Assembly (NCBI GenBank): GCA_963847185.1
Contig: CAWJYV010000010.1
Coordinates: forward strand, 352,001 to 416,000
Direction: 5' to 3'
Length of the DNA stretch: 64,000 bases
From: an uncultured Methanosarcinaceae archaeon
GTDB taxonomy: Archaea; Halobacteriota; Methanosarcinia; Methanosarcinales; Methanosarcinaceae
Below are positions 22,152 to 32,480 of the stretch, one piece after another. The notes beneath the pieces are model-generated. The model was not told where the DNA came from. It worked only from the letters and a program-made list of their open reading frames with translations, and searched no databases. A program made the position numbers and the translations under genes. Each line of letters starts with the position of its first letter. The first letter of the stretch is position 1.

Positions 22152-24842
22152 ATGGCAAAATACGAAGAAGAAATATCAGATGCTGAATTAAGAAAATCTT
22201 ATCAGGCTACCCTTATTCCGGAAGAGAAAGACGAAGAACCGGAAAAAAGGGAAAATTCAGTCGCCCTTACCCACGAAGAACCGGGCAAAAAACTCGAACT
22301 AACCACATCAGATCCTGCTTCAGACGAGCCTGAGGATGAGGGGCCGGAATCTGAAAGGACAGGAGTTTCTGCTATTCTCATCGACGATGAGATGAAACGC
22401 TCTTACATCAACTATGCAATGAGTGTAATTGTCGGAAGGGCACTTCCCGATGCCAGGGATGGCTTGAAGCCTGTCCACCGCAGAATCCTCTTTTCAATGA
22501 AAGAATCCGGGATTACTCACGACAAGCCCTACAAGAAGTCAGCCCGTGTGGTAGGTGATGTGCTCGGTAAATACCACCCTCATGGAGATTCTGCTGTTTA
22601 TGACAGTATCGTGAGGATGGTGCAGGAATTTTCACTGCGCTATCCTTTAATTGACGGGCAGGGTAACTTCGGATCCATTGATGGGGACGAGGCTGCAGCC
22701 ATGCGTTACACTGAAGTCCGCATGGACAGAATTGCAGAAGAGATGCTAATTGACATCGAGAAAGAAACAGTTCCCTTCAGGCCCAATTACGACGGATCTC
22801 TGGAAGAGCCTGAGGTTCTGCCTGCAAAACTTCCTAACCTCCTGATCAACGGATCAACCGGGATTGCTGTAGGTATGGCTACAAATATGGCCCCTCATAA
22901 CATCTCTGAGGTTATCGACGGGACTCTCATGCTCATAGAAAACCCGGAAACCACAGTTCAGGAACTCATGACCGTAATCAAGGGCCCGGACTTTCCTACA
23001 GGGGCACATATCCTTGGAACTGCAGGCATAAGATCTGCATACATGACCGGAAGGGGCCCTGTAAAGATAAGGGCAGTTGCCGAAATTCAGGAGTTAAAGA
23101 AAGACAGAGAGCAGATTATCATAACAGAGCTCCCCTATCAGGTAAACAAGGCTCGCATGATTGAAAACATTGCTCAGCTTGCCAGGGAAAAGGTAATTGT
23201 AGGAATTTCCGATCTCAGGGATGAGTCTGACAGGGATGGGATCAGGGTTGTTATTGAGCTTTCTCGAGGCACGAATCCGAAGGTTATTTTAAACCAGCTC
23301 TACAAGCACACTCAGATGGAGACCACTTTTGGGGTAATCAATCTGGCTCTTGTGGACGGGAAGCCAAAAGAGCTGAACCTTAGAGAGCTTCTCAATATCT
23401 ACCTGGACTACAGGATGGAAATTATCCAGAAGCGGACCATCTATGATCTCAGAAAGAGCGAGGAAAGAGCTCATATTCTGGAAGGGCTGAAGATCGCCCT
23501 TGATAACATAGACGAGATAGTTGCTCTCATCAAAGGCTCAGCAAATGCAGATGAGGCAAAGCAGGGGCTGATGAATAATTTCTCCCTTGATGAAGTCCAG
23601 TCAAAAGCTATTCTGGATATGCGCCTGCAGCGTCTGACAGGACTTGAGACCCAGAAAATTGTTGAGGAACTCGTAGGCCTTCTGAAATTGATCGAGGAAC
23701 TCAAGAAAATCATTGAAAGCGACGAACTTAAGTACGAAATTATTAGAAACGAGCTTCTGGAGCTCAGAGAAAAATACGGGGACGTCCGCAGGACTAAAAT
23801 CTTGCAGGCTGCTGCCGAGGTTACAAATGAAGACCTGATCCCTGAAGAAGACGTTGTTGTCACGATTACAAATGGAGGATACATTAAGCGGATTCCCCTT
23901 GACACCTATTCCATGCAACGCAGAGGAGGAAGGGGAGTAATGGGTATGGAGACAAAGGAAGAAGACTTTGTGGAAAATCTCTTCATTTCCTCGACTCACA
24001 ATTATATCCTTTTCTTCACGAACCTGGGAAGGCTCTACTGGCAGAAAGTCTATGAGATCCCTGAAGGCTCCCGCCAGTCAAGAGGTAAAGCCATAGTAAA
24101 CCTGCTTGAACTTCAGGAAGGCGAAATGGTCAATGCCCTGATTCCTGTGAAGGAATTTGCCGAAGACAGGCATCTGCTTATGGCCACCAGAGCAGGTACG
24201 ATCAAGAAGACTCCTCTCTCTGAGTTCAGAAACCCCAGGAAAGCCGGCATAATTGCAGTTACTCTGGATGAAGGCGACGAGCTCGTAAAAGTTCTCCGGA
24301 CCAACGGGAAAAAAGAAGTGGTAATGGTCTCTAAAAAAGGTAAAGCCATCCGTTTCTCGGAAGAAGACGTCCGCCCTATGGGCAGAACTGCAAGAGGAGT
24401 TCGCGGCATGACCCTTGAAGGTCCTGATGACGAAGTTGTCAGCATGGATATTGCAGACGATACTACAACCCTTCTGACAGTAACTGAGAATGGTTTTGGT
24501 AAAAGAACCGAGTACTCTGAGTACCCGACCCACCGCCGCGGTGGAAAAGGCGTGATTACAATCGTCAGGAACGTCAGGAACGGCTTTGTCTCCAAAGTCA
24601 AGTCCGTAGCTCAAGATGATGAGCTTATGCTCACCAGTGCAGAAGGCATCATTATTCGCATGCCTGCCAGAGACATCACAGTCCAGGGCAGAAACACTCA
24701 GGGCGTAAGGGTTATGAACCTCAAACCAGGGGACAAAGTAGTAGGTGTAGCAAGAATCAAAGCCGAAACCGAAGAAGAAAAGCAGCTTAGGCTGACATCC
24801 TTAGAAGCTGGAATAGTAAAAAAGCTCAGAGGAAGCACCTGA
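22152..24842 (+). CDS. gyrA: DNA gyrase subunit A
   Basis: [41 protein letters not shown] (catalytic Tyr), GyrA-box QRRGGRG and beta-pinwheel repeats. An acidic tail continues in frame beyond the TGA (see findings). Confidence 0.97.
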   Translation: MAKYEEEISDAELRKSYQATLIPEEKDEEPEKRENSVALTHEEPGKKLELTTSDPASDEPEDEGPESERTGVSAILIDDEMKRSYINYAMSVIVGRALPDARDGLKPVHRRILFSMKESGITHDKPYKKSARVVGDVLGKYHPHGDSAVYDSIVRMVQEFSLRYPLIDGQGNFGSIDGDEAAAMRYTEVRMDRIAEEMLIDIEKETVPFRPNYDGSLEEPEVLPAKLPNLLINGSTGIAVGMATNMAPHNISEVIDGTLMLIENPETTVQELMTVIKGPDFPTGAHILGTAGIRSAYMTGRGPVKIRAVAEIQELKKDREQIIITELPYQVNKARMIENIAQLAREKVIVGISDLRDESDRDGIRVVIELSRGTNPKVILNQLYKHTQMETTFGVINLALVDGKPKELNLRELLNIYLDYRMEIIQKRTIYDLRKSEERAHILEGLKIALDNIDEIVALIKGSANADEAKQGLMNNFSLDEVQSKAILDMRLQRLTGLETQKIVEELVGLLKLIEELKKIIESDELKYEIIRNELLELREKYGDVRRTKILQAAAEVTNEDLIPEEDVVVTITNGGYIKRIPLDTYSMQRRGGRGVMGMETKEEDFVENLFISSTHNYILFFTNLGRLYWQKVYEIPEGSRQSRGKAIVNLLELQEGEMVNALIPVKEFAEDRHLLMATRAGTIKKTPLSEFRNPRKAGIIAVTLDEGDELVKVLRTNGKKEVVMVSKKGKAIRFSEEDVRPMGRTARGVRGMTLEGPDDEVVSMDIADDTTTLLTVTENGFGKRTEYSEYPTHRRGGKGVITIVRNVRNGFVSKVKSVAQDDELMLTSAEGIIIRMPARDITVQGRNTQGVRVMNLKPGDKVVGVARIKAETEEEKQLRLTSLEAGIVKKLRGST

Positions 24843-25084
24843 GGAAGAAGCAGAATCCCAGAGGATGAAGCTGAAGGCATTGAAGATCTTGAAGATATAG
24901 AAGAACTTGAAGACTTTGAAGAGCCAGAAGATGCTGATGAAGAAGAGCTGGAAGAAGAGTGAAATATTGAAAATGGCTGAAAAGCCGAAAAAGGCTAAAA
25001 CGCTGAATAGGCTGAAGCTGAAAAGCTAAAATGCTGAATAGACTAAAAATGCCTGAAAAAGGATAATTAAGTGACTTAAATTAA

Positions 25085-25400
25085 ATGTACGGGTGAAGGA
25101 AACTGATCCTTCACTCAACTGCTACCAAAATGAAGATTTGGATCGATCTATTTCTAACAGAGTGATTTTCAGTCTGGAGGGAAGGCAGGAGGCGAACTTC
25201 GTTATGGAGTCACTCTTTTCGGTAGTGGGGTAGTTATTGATTAAATACTGCAAAAAGGGCACGTCTGCCTTCACTTGCGATTTTCAATAAGTTTCCCCAC
25301 GGCCTGATTTACTGTTTGATTCCCCTATTTTATTTTCCTGTTTGAATACCCATTTTTATTCTGAGATGACTTCTGTCCAGATCTCAAAAGTCAATGAGTA
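25085..25400 (-). ncRNA. Candidate structured small RNA (strand and ends tentative)
   Basis: ORF-free. Hairpins at 25091-25116, 25159-25216 and 25225-25300; TATA-like TTTATATA on the minus strand at 25431-25424; CCTCC motifs in a loop on the minus strand. Confidence 0.35.
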
Positions 25401-25465
25401 TGATTGTATATATTACTCATGATTATATAAACTATCTCGAATATATTCTTCGTAATATTACTCAT
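25394..25465. promoter_or_regulatory. Operator-like palindrome and repeated half-site flanking a TATA-like box
   Basis: ATGAGTA-N13-TACTCAT (25394-25420); ATATTACTCAT at 25410 and 25455; TATATAAA between them at 25424-25431. Confidence 0.45.
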
Positions 25466-26003
25466 TTTAACACTTACGTACTTGAATAACTGATGAGGCG
25501 AGCAGGATTTCAGATAAGCAAGTTTGTCATAATAATCTGATCTAGATAGTTTGAATCATGTGATAATGCTTTCCGAATATAACTGTATAAGTCACTTACC
25601 TTCAACAATTGTGTTGGTATTTTTATACTTTATATACTTTATTTTGTGGTCTCTGAATAAACTGATATATCAATTGTTCATAAATTATAAGGGTTTAAAA
25701 AGTCCAATGAGGATATAAATCGGTATATCATGTTCCATCTAATTTTTAAGGTTAAAAAAAACTTATTTACTCCAGATAATTATGTTTACGCTCGTTTTGC
25801 TTTAAAATAAGCCTTGTGTTTTAGGCAAGATACTCAGTGAACGATGATTAATGAAGGATACTTGGAAGATACTATAGTGAATTTAAGCGTTGATCAAAAT
25901 TGAAAAAGAAATGTATCTTCATGTTCGGAAAAAAAGTAGAGAAACTTTATGCTTCAAATTTCGAAACTTCCTCTTAAAAGTTGAAGTTTAAAGCTCCTTA
26001 TAA

Positions 26004-26421
26004 GAGCCTATCCGGAAAGTCCTGCTGCTCTGAATGTTATCCATGCACATGCTAAATGTAGTATAGCAAGGTAGTTCTCAATTTTCTTTTCCCAGATTAT
26101 CAACAGTCTTCTGAATCTGTTTTTTGTCATAGCTCCATCAATCGCTTGTCACTCCCAATTTATTCTTTTTTCATCATCATAATCCAACAGACCAGCTTGC
26201 CACATTCTTTCAAATAAGCCAGCTTTCTACCGCTCCTGGAATCGATCATGGACGGTACCTGGTGCTCCATAAAAGCGTGGCAAAGCTTTCCATTGGCAGC
26301 CGTAAGAAGAAAATAAAAATACCGCTAAAGAGTTTCCAATCATCTTCGCGAGGTGCCGTTTTGAGTTTTGTCACTACCACAATTACCATTTATCGGAAGC
26401 AAAATACTTTTCGGATAGACT
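26004..26421 (-). mobile_element. Internally deleted IS5-family element with both ends retained
   Basis: Ends AGCCTATCCGGAAAGT (26005-26020) and ACTTTTCGGATAGACT (26406-26421), 14/16 inverted match. Minus-strand fragments GAPGTVHDRFQE, AIDGAMTK and RFRRLLIIWEKKIENYLAILHLACAWITFRAAG match IS5-type transposases, with stops and frameshifts. Confidence 0.82.
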
Positions 26422-26620
26422 ACAAATATTCGCACTTCCCTATCAAATGTTAAATATACTTTATAATAAAATATATAATGTTAGGAAGTAATTTATACCA
26501 AGACATACATTCTAACTATTAACTCTCAGATTAGATTTATTTTAGAAGAGATTTACTAAAGAATCAAAGATATAACCTTTTGAGCAATCCTGAGAGAGTT
26601 CATATAAAGGAGGAATATTT

Positions 26621-26935
26621 ATGCAAAAAGTAGAATTATTGCCGCCAATTACTACAAAAGCTGGAGATATATTTGAGGTTTCAATGCCTTCGAATCCCTC
26701 GACTGGTTACAGCAGCTTACTGTCAGAAATGCCACATTGTGTTTATTTCGTCGATTCAACATATGTACCAGATGAACCTGTCAGACAAGGAAGCGGAGGC
26801 ACCAGCACGTTCAGGTTTGTCGCAGTCAAAAAAGGCGAAGGCAAAATCATCTTCCATAATGTGAAGTTCTCTCACCCTCTTGACATAGAAGAACCCACAC
26901 CTATGCAAAACAGATTTGTTATAGTAGAACAATGA
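26621..26935 (+). CDS. Chagasin-like cysteine protease inhibitor (I42 family)
   Basis: FEVSMPSNPSTGY and GSGGTSTFRF.A.K.G motifs; AAGGAGG RBS. Confidence 0.85.
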   Translation: MQKVELLPPITTKAGDIFEVSMPSNPSTGYSSLLSEMPHCVYFVDSTYVPDEPVRQGSGGTSTFRFVAVKKGEGKIIFHNVKFSHPLDIEEPTPMQNRFVIVEQ

Positions 26936-27281
26936 GGTGGCTTTACTCTCCACTCTCTTTCCTTTTTTTAAAACAAAAAACAGTTTAGTATAATTGTTCA
27001 GATTTCTCAATTGCCAATTCTCAAGATCTTTTTTGAATTTATGGAAATTCCATCAGTTTTTTACCGTATTTTCGTTATCTTAAGACGGGTTTGAGTTTCG
27101 ATGAATCTTAAAAACGGGGTATCATACGACTGAGAAACAGGCGGCACAGACCTATATTAAGTGAAAATGTGATTGGCATACCAGGATAAAAAAATTAATC
27201 AGGTCATATGTCAAAATGATTCGCAAATAGTAAGGAAGCAAGTAGATGCCTGAAACTGCTATTGAAGATTGGAGAAAACAA

Positions 27282-28299
27282 TTTCGTGTCCTTGAGTAAT
27301 TGACATGTTTTTTATACATCTGTGAATTCTATTATTGTTTGGGGGAGTTGAAATCACTTCCAAAATAGATTTATCACAGTTTTGTTGCTTGAATAAAGAT
27401 TGTCCTGATTATGGAATGAAAAATCAAGGAAATATTGTCTTCAAAGAAAGATATGGCAAAAATAACCATGCTCTTCTTAAATGTAAAACTTGCAATCATT
27501 GCTTTAGTGAAACAAAAGGTACTGTCTTTTTTGGACTTGAGACGGTCGATGAGATCTGGTCATATATAAAAAAAGCAAAAAAATGTGACTGATGAAGACT
27601 CTGATGATTCTGGAGACGTCTACTCACTTACAGCAATCAAAAGTGACACACGACTATTCCTTTTCATCAGGAAGGAAAATGTAGTACGGAGGATGCTATT
27701 GAACTATTTAAAGAGGTTGAGAAGATACGGAGCGCATCTTCTCTCATTCCTATATTTATTTCCGATGATTGAGATGCATTTGTAGAAGGATTGATAAACG
27801 TTCATGGTAAGATTGAGTTGCCTCAATACAAAGGGATGGAAGGAAACCACTACCTAAATTGACTCCTGTTGAAGGTCTGAAGTACATCAAAGTACTCAAG
27901 AAAAAAGTTAAAGGATATGTAGTTGAAGCAATTCAAAGTATCATCTTTGAAGACCCAGAAGAAATATTCGAGATGCTCGAAGCTAATGTGGATAACTACA
28001 TTGGTACTTCATACGTAGAAAGGATAAATCTTATAATTAGGGCATCTCTTGCAAGATTCATAAGAAAAGGGATGAATTTCAGTAAAACAATTAAAATGCA
28101 TCAGAAGGTTTTTGATTTCTTCCAAGCATGGTATAACTTTATAAAACCTCATGATCTTCTAAAATTAAAAACTGACTCTGGAAACAGAAGATGGCTCAAA
28201 AGAACCCCAGCAATGGCGGAAAATCTAACTGGGCATATATGGAGTTTAAGGGAGTTATTAACGTTCAGAGTTCCAGTTTAATAACTCAGGGACACGACC
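27282..28299 (+). mobile_element. Decayed IS1-family element (transposase pseudogene)
   Basis: Imperfect TIRs TCGTGTCCTTGAGTAAT (27284-27300) and ATAACTCAGGGACACGACC (28281-28299). Fragments include a Zn-ribbon (C.N..C...CKTC), DEIWSYIKK with A-rich run, TSYVERINL..R..LARF.RK..FSK and RTPAMA..LT.HIWSL; there are stops, frameshifts and an internal deletion. Confidence 0.85.
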
Positions 28300-28378
28300 T
28301 AAAAATAATTATTTAGTTAAAAGTTTTCAGGCCAAAAAAAAGGAAATTTTCCATAACTTTAATCACGAAATTGGCCTG

Positions 28379-28642
28379 TCACCATGCTACTTTATATCCA
28401 AAAACCGTATCTTGACATTCTTGACAAAGTCCAGAACTTTTAAATTCCTTAATAAAAACTTCATTTCTGAATTCTTCTTCGTTTACTTTTTCCGCACATA
28501 GCGGACATTTACACTCCCGACATGTGCACACTTTAACTCTCGGAACTTTTCTTCCAAATCCTAATGACTTTAGAAAGCTCTTTTTTTCTATTTTCATATC
28601 CATCAACTCTGCAACTCCATGATTACAATATGTCGCTGTCAT
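28379..28642 (-). CDS. Small Cys-rich (putative zinc-binding) protein
   Basis: CTCRECKCPLC and SGLCQECQD..F motifs; ATG at 28642 preceded by GGGGTGG. Confidence 0.7.
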   Translation of the reverse strand: MTATYCNHGVAELMDMKIEKKSFLKSLGFGRKVPRVKVCTCRECKCPLCAEKVNEEEFRNEVFIKEFKSSGLCQECQDTVFGYKVAW

Positions 28643-29094
28643 AGAACCACCCCAATAAATAGGGGAAAAATGCACAAACGGCTCCATTCCCTCAGCTCAA
28701 ATACTGAATACTCGGATACGTATCAACAAACAATACGATTTCAACGCTTACAGTTAATGTTTTAATCTTTTTTAGGGGTCCTACTCGCGAATTTTTGATA
28801 TACAAAAGTAGAATTCTTGTTTTAATGGATCTTATTCGCGCATATAATAATCTACAGAATCCCATATAAATCTATTGATTTTTTCTAAATTCTTGCTTTC
28901 ATAGGACTTCAAAAAACTCTTAAAATCTCTTATTTAACCTAACACCTGCTATATGTAGCTATTTTTAATAACCAGGATATATATGTGGTTATTTTTGCTT
29001 GTAAACTCTAAAGAATGTGGTTTTCGAGGTAAAAGAAAAAGAGACTACCTATAAGAAAAATAAAGAAAGTGTAGAGGCTCTTCTTGTAAGAACA

Positions 29095-29216
29095 GAGCCT
29101 ATCCCAAAACCTATTTTTTCCATATCCATAGGAATTTCATAACTACTTTCCTGATCAGTAGCTCAATTAAATATTTTTAAGTTGAGATTCAAAGAAGTAG
29201 TTTTTGAGTGGGATCT
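29095..29216. mobile_element. MITE copy 2 (opposite orientation, right end eroded)
   Basis: GAGCCTATCCCAAAA...TTTCCATATCCATAGGAATTTCATA...TTTCCTGATC...GTTTTTGAGTGGGATC aligns along its length with the reverse complement of 56006-56134. Confidence 0.8.
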
Positions 29217-29273
29217 TTCCTTTTACATAAGACACCTAGTTATCTCAGAAAGCCCTTCAAAATCAAATTATAT

Positions 29274-29459
29274 TCATTTTATTCTATCTCTACTTCTCGG
29301 GTTTAAAGGATCTATCCCAAAAAGCAAAACTGTAAATAATACGGTTACAGTTCCTGTTCTCCATAGAAACGAATATGCAGTAGTGTTCAAGAGTGTACCT
29401 ATAATCGTTAATAAGACTCCCAATAGCAGTAAAATTCGAAGCTTTTTGCCCACTGTCAT
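29274..29459 (-). CDS. Small two-TM membrane protein
   Basis: 61 aa with two hydrophobic helices and basic ends; GGGGAG directly upstream of the ATG. Confidence 0.55.
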   Translation of the reverse strand: MTVGKKLRILLLLGVLLTIIGTLLNTTAYSFLWRTGTVTVLFTVLLFGIDPLNPRSRDRIK

Positions 29460-29615
29460 TCTCCCCCTTGTTCCCCATTTTAATAGGTTGTTTTAAATAG
29501 GGCCAATTCAATAGTAAGATGCCTGTTTTTGGCATGCGAATTTAAATATTGAATATTCTTAACCCTTATTTGTTGTTTCTTCCATAAAGTATGTTTACCA
29601 AAAAATTTCAATATT

Positions 29616-30068
29616 TCAATTGTACCCGTTCCCGCGGACAACCATGACCGGGACTTTTGAGCCTCTAACTACTTTTTCTGCAACACTTCCCAGTAGAAAT
29701 TTATCGAATCCGGTTTTTCCAAGAGTGCCCATTACTATCAGATCCATCTGGTTTTTTTCTGCAAAGTTGATAATCTCATTACTCGGATGTCCTTCTAAAA
29801 GAACTCCTTTTATTTCTACCCCTGAATCCTCTCCGATCTTTTTAGTTTTAGATAATATTTTATCCCCTTCATTTCTCATCATTTCGTAGAATAAATTCTT
29901 GTCTATAGTCCAATCTTCTGATATTAGGGAAGGTATATCTACTACGTGAAGGGCATAGAGGGTAGCTCCGCTAAGCTTTGCAACCTCAATACCTTGAGAA
30001 ATAGCCCTCTGGGTATTCTCAGATCCGTCTGTTGCAATTACTATATTTCGGTAAAACTCGCTTTTCAT
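29616..30068 (-). CDS. Universal stress protein (UspA family)
   Basis: IVIATDGS, DLIVMGTLGKTG....LLGSVAEKVVR.SKVPV; GGAGG RBS. Confidence 0.95.
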   Translation of the reverse strand: MKSEFYRNIVIATDGSENTQRAISQGIEVAKLSGATLYALHVVDIPSLISEDWTIDKNLFYEMMRNEGDKILSKTKKIGEDSGVEIKGVLLEGHPSNEIINFAEKNQMDLIVMGTLGKTGFDKFLLGSVAEKVVRGSKVPVMVVRGNGYN

Positions 30069-30265
30069 ATGTTATCCTCCATTTGCTTTACGCATAAAAC
30101 ATCGATGTGAAAAAAGATGAATTCAACTATTTCCAAAAATAAAGTGGTATAGCCTTATTAAAAGGCTACTTGGACATTTCTTTGATATACTTGCTAATCA
30201 AACATTTTGGTTATTTACTGATGGCCTTCATGTTGGCATTGTCTTTTTCTATTGACATTTTAGCT

Positions 30266-31318
30266 TCAATCCTGTTTCTTCTTTCTTAACACGACAAAGC
30301 AAGCTGCAAGAGCCACAAATGAGATGCCTGTTCCAAGCCCAAATCCTGGAAGTTTATTCTCAGCTTGCAGGATTTCTGTTTCTACTTTTACAGTATCTGA
30401 AATCTGGTCATGCCCTTCTGTATCTTCATAAAGAATCTCGCTGCTTAAAGAGTAGGGCTTTGGGGTTGCTTCCGAGTCAACAGACAAGTCAAAAGCTGCA
30501 ACTGCACTGTCTCCAGATTTTAGAGTTCCAAGGTAAGCCTGGTCATCAGTTGTACTGAAGGGGTCACTGGCACTTAATCTGACAGTTGCATCTTTTGCAG
30601 ACTCTTCACCGGTGTTTTTGTAAGTAACATAAAGCATGCCCCCTTCATCAGGGTAAAGGTCGCCTGTTACATTTGTGACCTCAAAGTCAGCCTCTTTCTT
30701 GACATGAACTTCTATTGTCTGGTTTTGACTCATAGTCTCATACCATACACCTACTCCCTGATTAGTAACCAAACCCGTAGTGGTATCATACTCATCTCCA
30801 CTTACCTGTACATTGTTCTGATATAGGTACGAAAGGTTCAGATTTAAGGGGTATGTGCCTGCAGGCGCATTATTACTAATTTCGATGGTGAACTTAGTAG
30901 GATTTGAGCTTTCTTTTCCCTGCTGAAGAGTTCCAGATTTTTGAGTTCCAGATTTTACTTTTATATACGGACTATCGGATGTAAGAGTTGCATTGATTCC
31001 AATAGCCGTAACAGCCTGAGATTCGTATTTCATTTCCGCCTGTTGCAGCACACCATCAACGGTTGTATCCGCTTCATCTTCGGATTCAAAACCAGTGATT
31101 ACTCCCTTATTTATAAGTCCTATATTCAGGGTAACCGTATCCCCCCTGGAGTACTCATTATCTCCAACTAAAGAGGCTTCCAGACTCGGCCCCCCATACA
31201 CTGTGTAAAAATTGTCCTCTAAATCAAAATTCTTCGGGAAAGATGCCTGTACAGGAATTGATGCGAGCAAAAACATAAGAAGGGTTGCGATCGCAGCGAT
31301 AGACCTTTTTTTAATCAT
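30266..31318 (-). CDS. COG1361-type S-layer-associated protein with PGF-CTERM-like tail
   Basis: Signal peptide, Ig-like repeats (NAPAGTYPL.L...Y.Y; YLGTL..G.S) and C-terminal LPGF + TM + RKKK. ATG 31318 overlaps the end of the upstream gene. Confidence 0.8.
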   Translation of the reverse strand: MIKKRSIAAIATLLMFLLASIPVQASFPKNFDLEDNFYTVYGGPSLEASLVGDNEYSRGDTVTLNIGLINKGVITGFESEDEADTTVDGVLQQAEMKYESQAVTAIGINATLTSDSPYIKVKSGTQKSGTLQQGKESSNPTKFTIEISNNAPAGTYPLNLNLSYLYQNNVQVSGDEYDTTTGLVTNQGVGVWYETMSQNQTIEVHVKKEADFEVTNVTGDLYPDEGGMLYVTYKNTGEESAKDATVRLSASDPFSTTDDQAYLGTLKSGDSAVAAFDLSVDSEATPKPYSLSSEILYEDTEGHDQISDTVKVETEILQAENKLPGFGLGTGISFVALAACFVVLRKKKQD

Positions 31319-32480
31319 TTTCATCACCTGATGCATTCTCATTGTATTTTTTTCTATTGCGAAGCGCCTTTACAGCTTGGTAGACAAAGATAAGAGCTAT
31401 TGAGATTATTACTATGGCAGTTATGCTGATACTGGATTCAGTCATTTCCATAGGTGCATTTACTTTAATGTTGTCGGATAACTCCATTTCCCCGTTATCA
31501 TCTATGTATTTTATTTCACTGTCAATACTGTAGTTTTTCACCACAGCTCCAGAATCAGCCGAGATATCAAATGATGCTGTTCGGCTTTCTCCTGGACCGA
31601 TTGATCCGAGTCTGACAACGGATTTACTTGTGCTGAGTGGTTTCATGGCAACGATTTTGACCTGAGCATCCTCAGCTACGGCATCGCCTACGTTAGTGTA
31701 GGTAACGTTTATTTTGCTTGTAGATTCTTGTTTTAAACTGCCTGAAACTTTGCTTACTTCAAACTTTGGTTCTTTTTTGATCGATACGTGAAGAGGAATT
31801 GTAACATTCCGTGTAGTATATTCTTGTGCAAATCCCGGGGTGGAAGACTGTGTAAATCCCACATTGTTAGAAATCCCCAGGTTCACCGTTTTTGAAGTTT
31901 CCGTCCGGACATTGCTCTGATACTCATAAGTCACAGGAAGCTTCAGCTCATACTCTCCTGCCGGGGCATCACTATCAATACGTATGCTGAACTTGATGGG
32001 TTGGATATTACCTGTTTTAAGTTCACCTACGTTTTGTGGATTTGTTGTGGATTCGACATGAATATAGTCAGATTCTGAGGCTAGAGTTGCTTCGATGCCC
32101 TTGGCTATTGTACAATCCTGTTCTGCGCTCATTTCGGCAACAGCAATAAGCTCTTCCTTGGAATCCGGTATAAGGTTCTGATTCGCATTCAATCGCTTCA
32201 TACCTTCAATAGTGCCTTTATTTTCAAGCATCACCTGAAGGTCTACAGTTTCTCCTCCCTCTAACTCTGTATCTCCTATTATAGAGGCTTCAATAGTGGG
32301 TTCTCCATAGCTTCTGTAATAGTCAACAGTGTATCCATAACCTGGAAGCAGAAGGTTTCCCCCATTATCACTGCTTCCAAGAGCTGGATACATACTTGTT
32401 GAGAAAACTGAAAGGAAAACTGCGACTGATATAAATATTTTCACGATGTTCTGTATTGTGTACTTCTGGGGTTTCTTCAT
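31311..32480 (-). CDS. COG1361-type S-layer-associated protein
   Basis: Signal peptide, DAPAGEY.L...VTYEYQ and LG.I.PGES.TA.F motifs, C-terminal TM plus basic tail; paralogue of the downstream gene. Confidence 0.8.
   Translation of the reverse strand: MKKPQKYTIQNIVKIFISVAVFLSVFSTSMYPALGSSDNGGNLLLPGYGYTVDYYRSYGEPTIEASIIGDTELEGGETVDLQVMLENKGTIEGMKRLNANQNLIPDSKEELIAVAEMSAEQDCTIAKGIEATLASESDYIHVESTTNPQNVGELKTGNIQPIKFSIRIDSDAPAGEYELKLPVTYEYQSNVRTETSKTVNLGISNNVGFTQSSTPGFAQEYTTRNVTIPLHVSIKKEPKFEVSKVSGSLKQESTSKINVTYTNVGDAVAEDAQVKIVAMKPLSTSKSVVRLGSIGPGESRTASFDISADSGAVVKNYSIDSEIKYIDDNGEMELSDNIKVNAPMEMTESSISITAIVIISIALIFVYQAVKALRNRKKYNENASGDEND

Noticed and set aside
24840-24842. Selenocysteine or programmed read-through of the gyrA TGA
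   Set aside because: Methanosarcina are not known to use Sec, and the neighbouring +1 frame reads as the natural acidic sequence, which points to indels instead.
24965-25060. GCTGAA/GCTAAA-rich run after gyrA
   Set aside because: Irregular low-complexity sequence with no fixed period or ORF.
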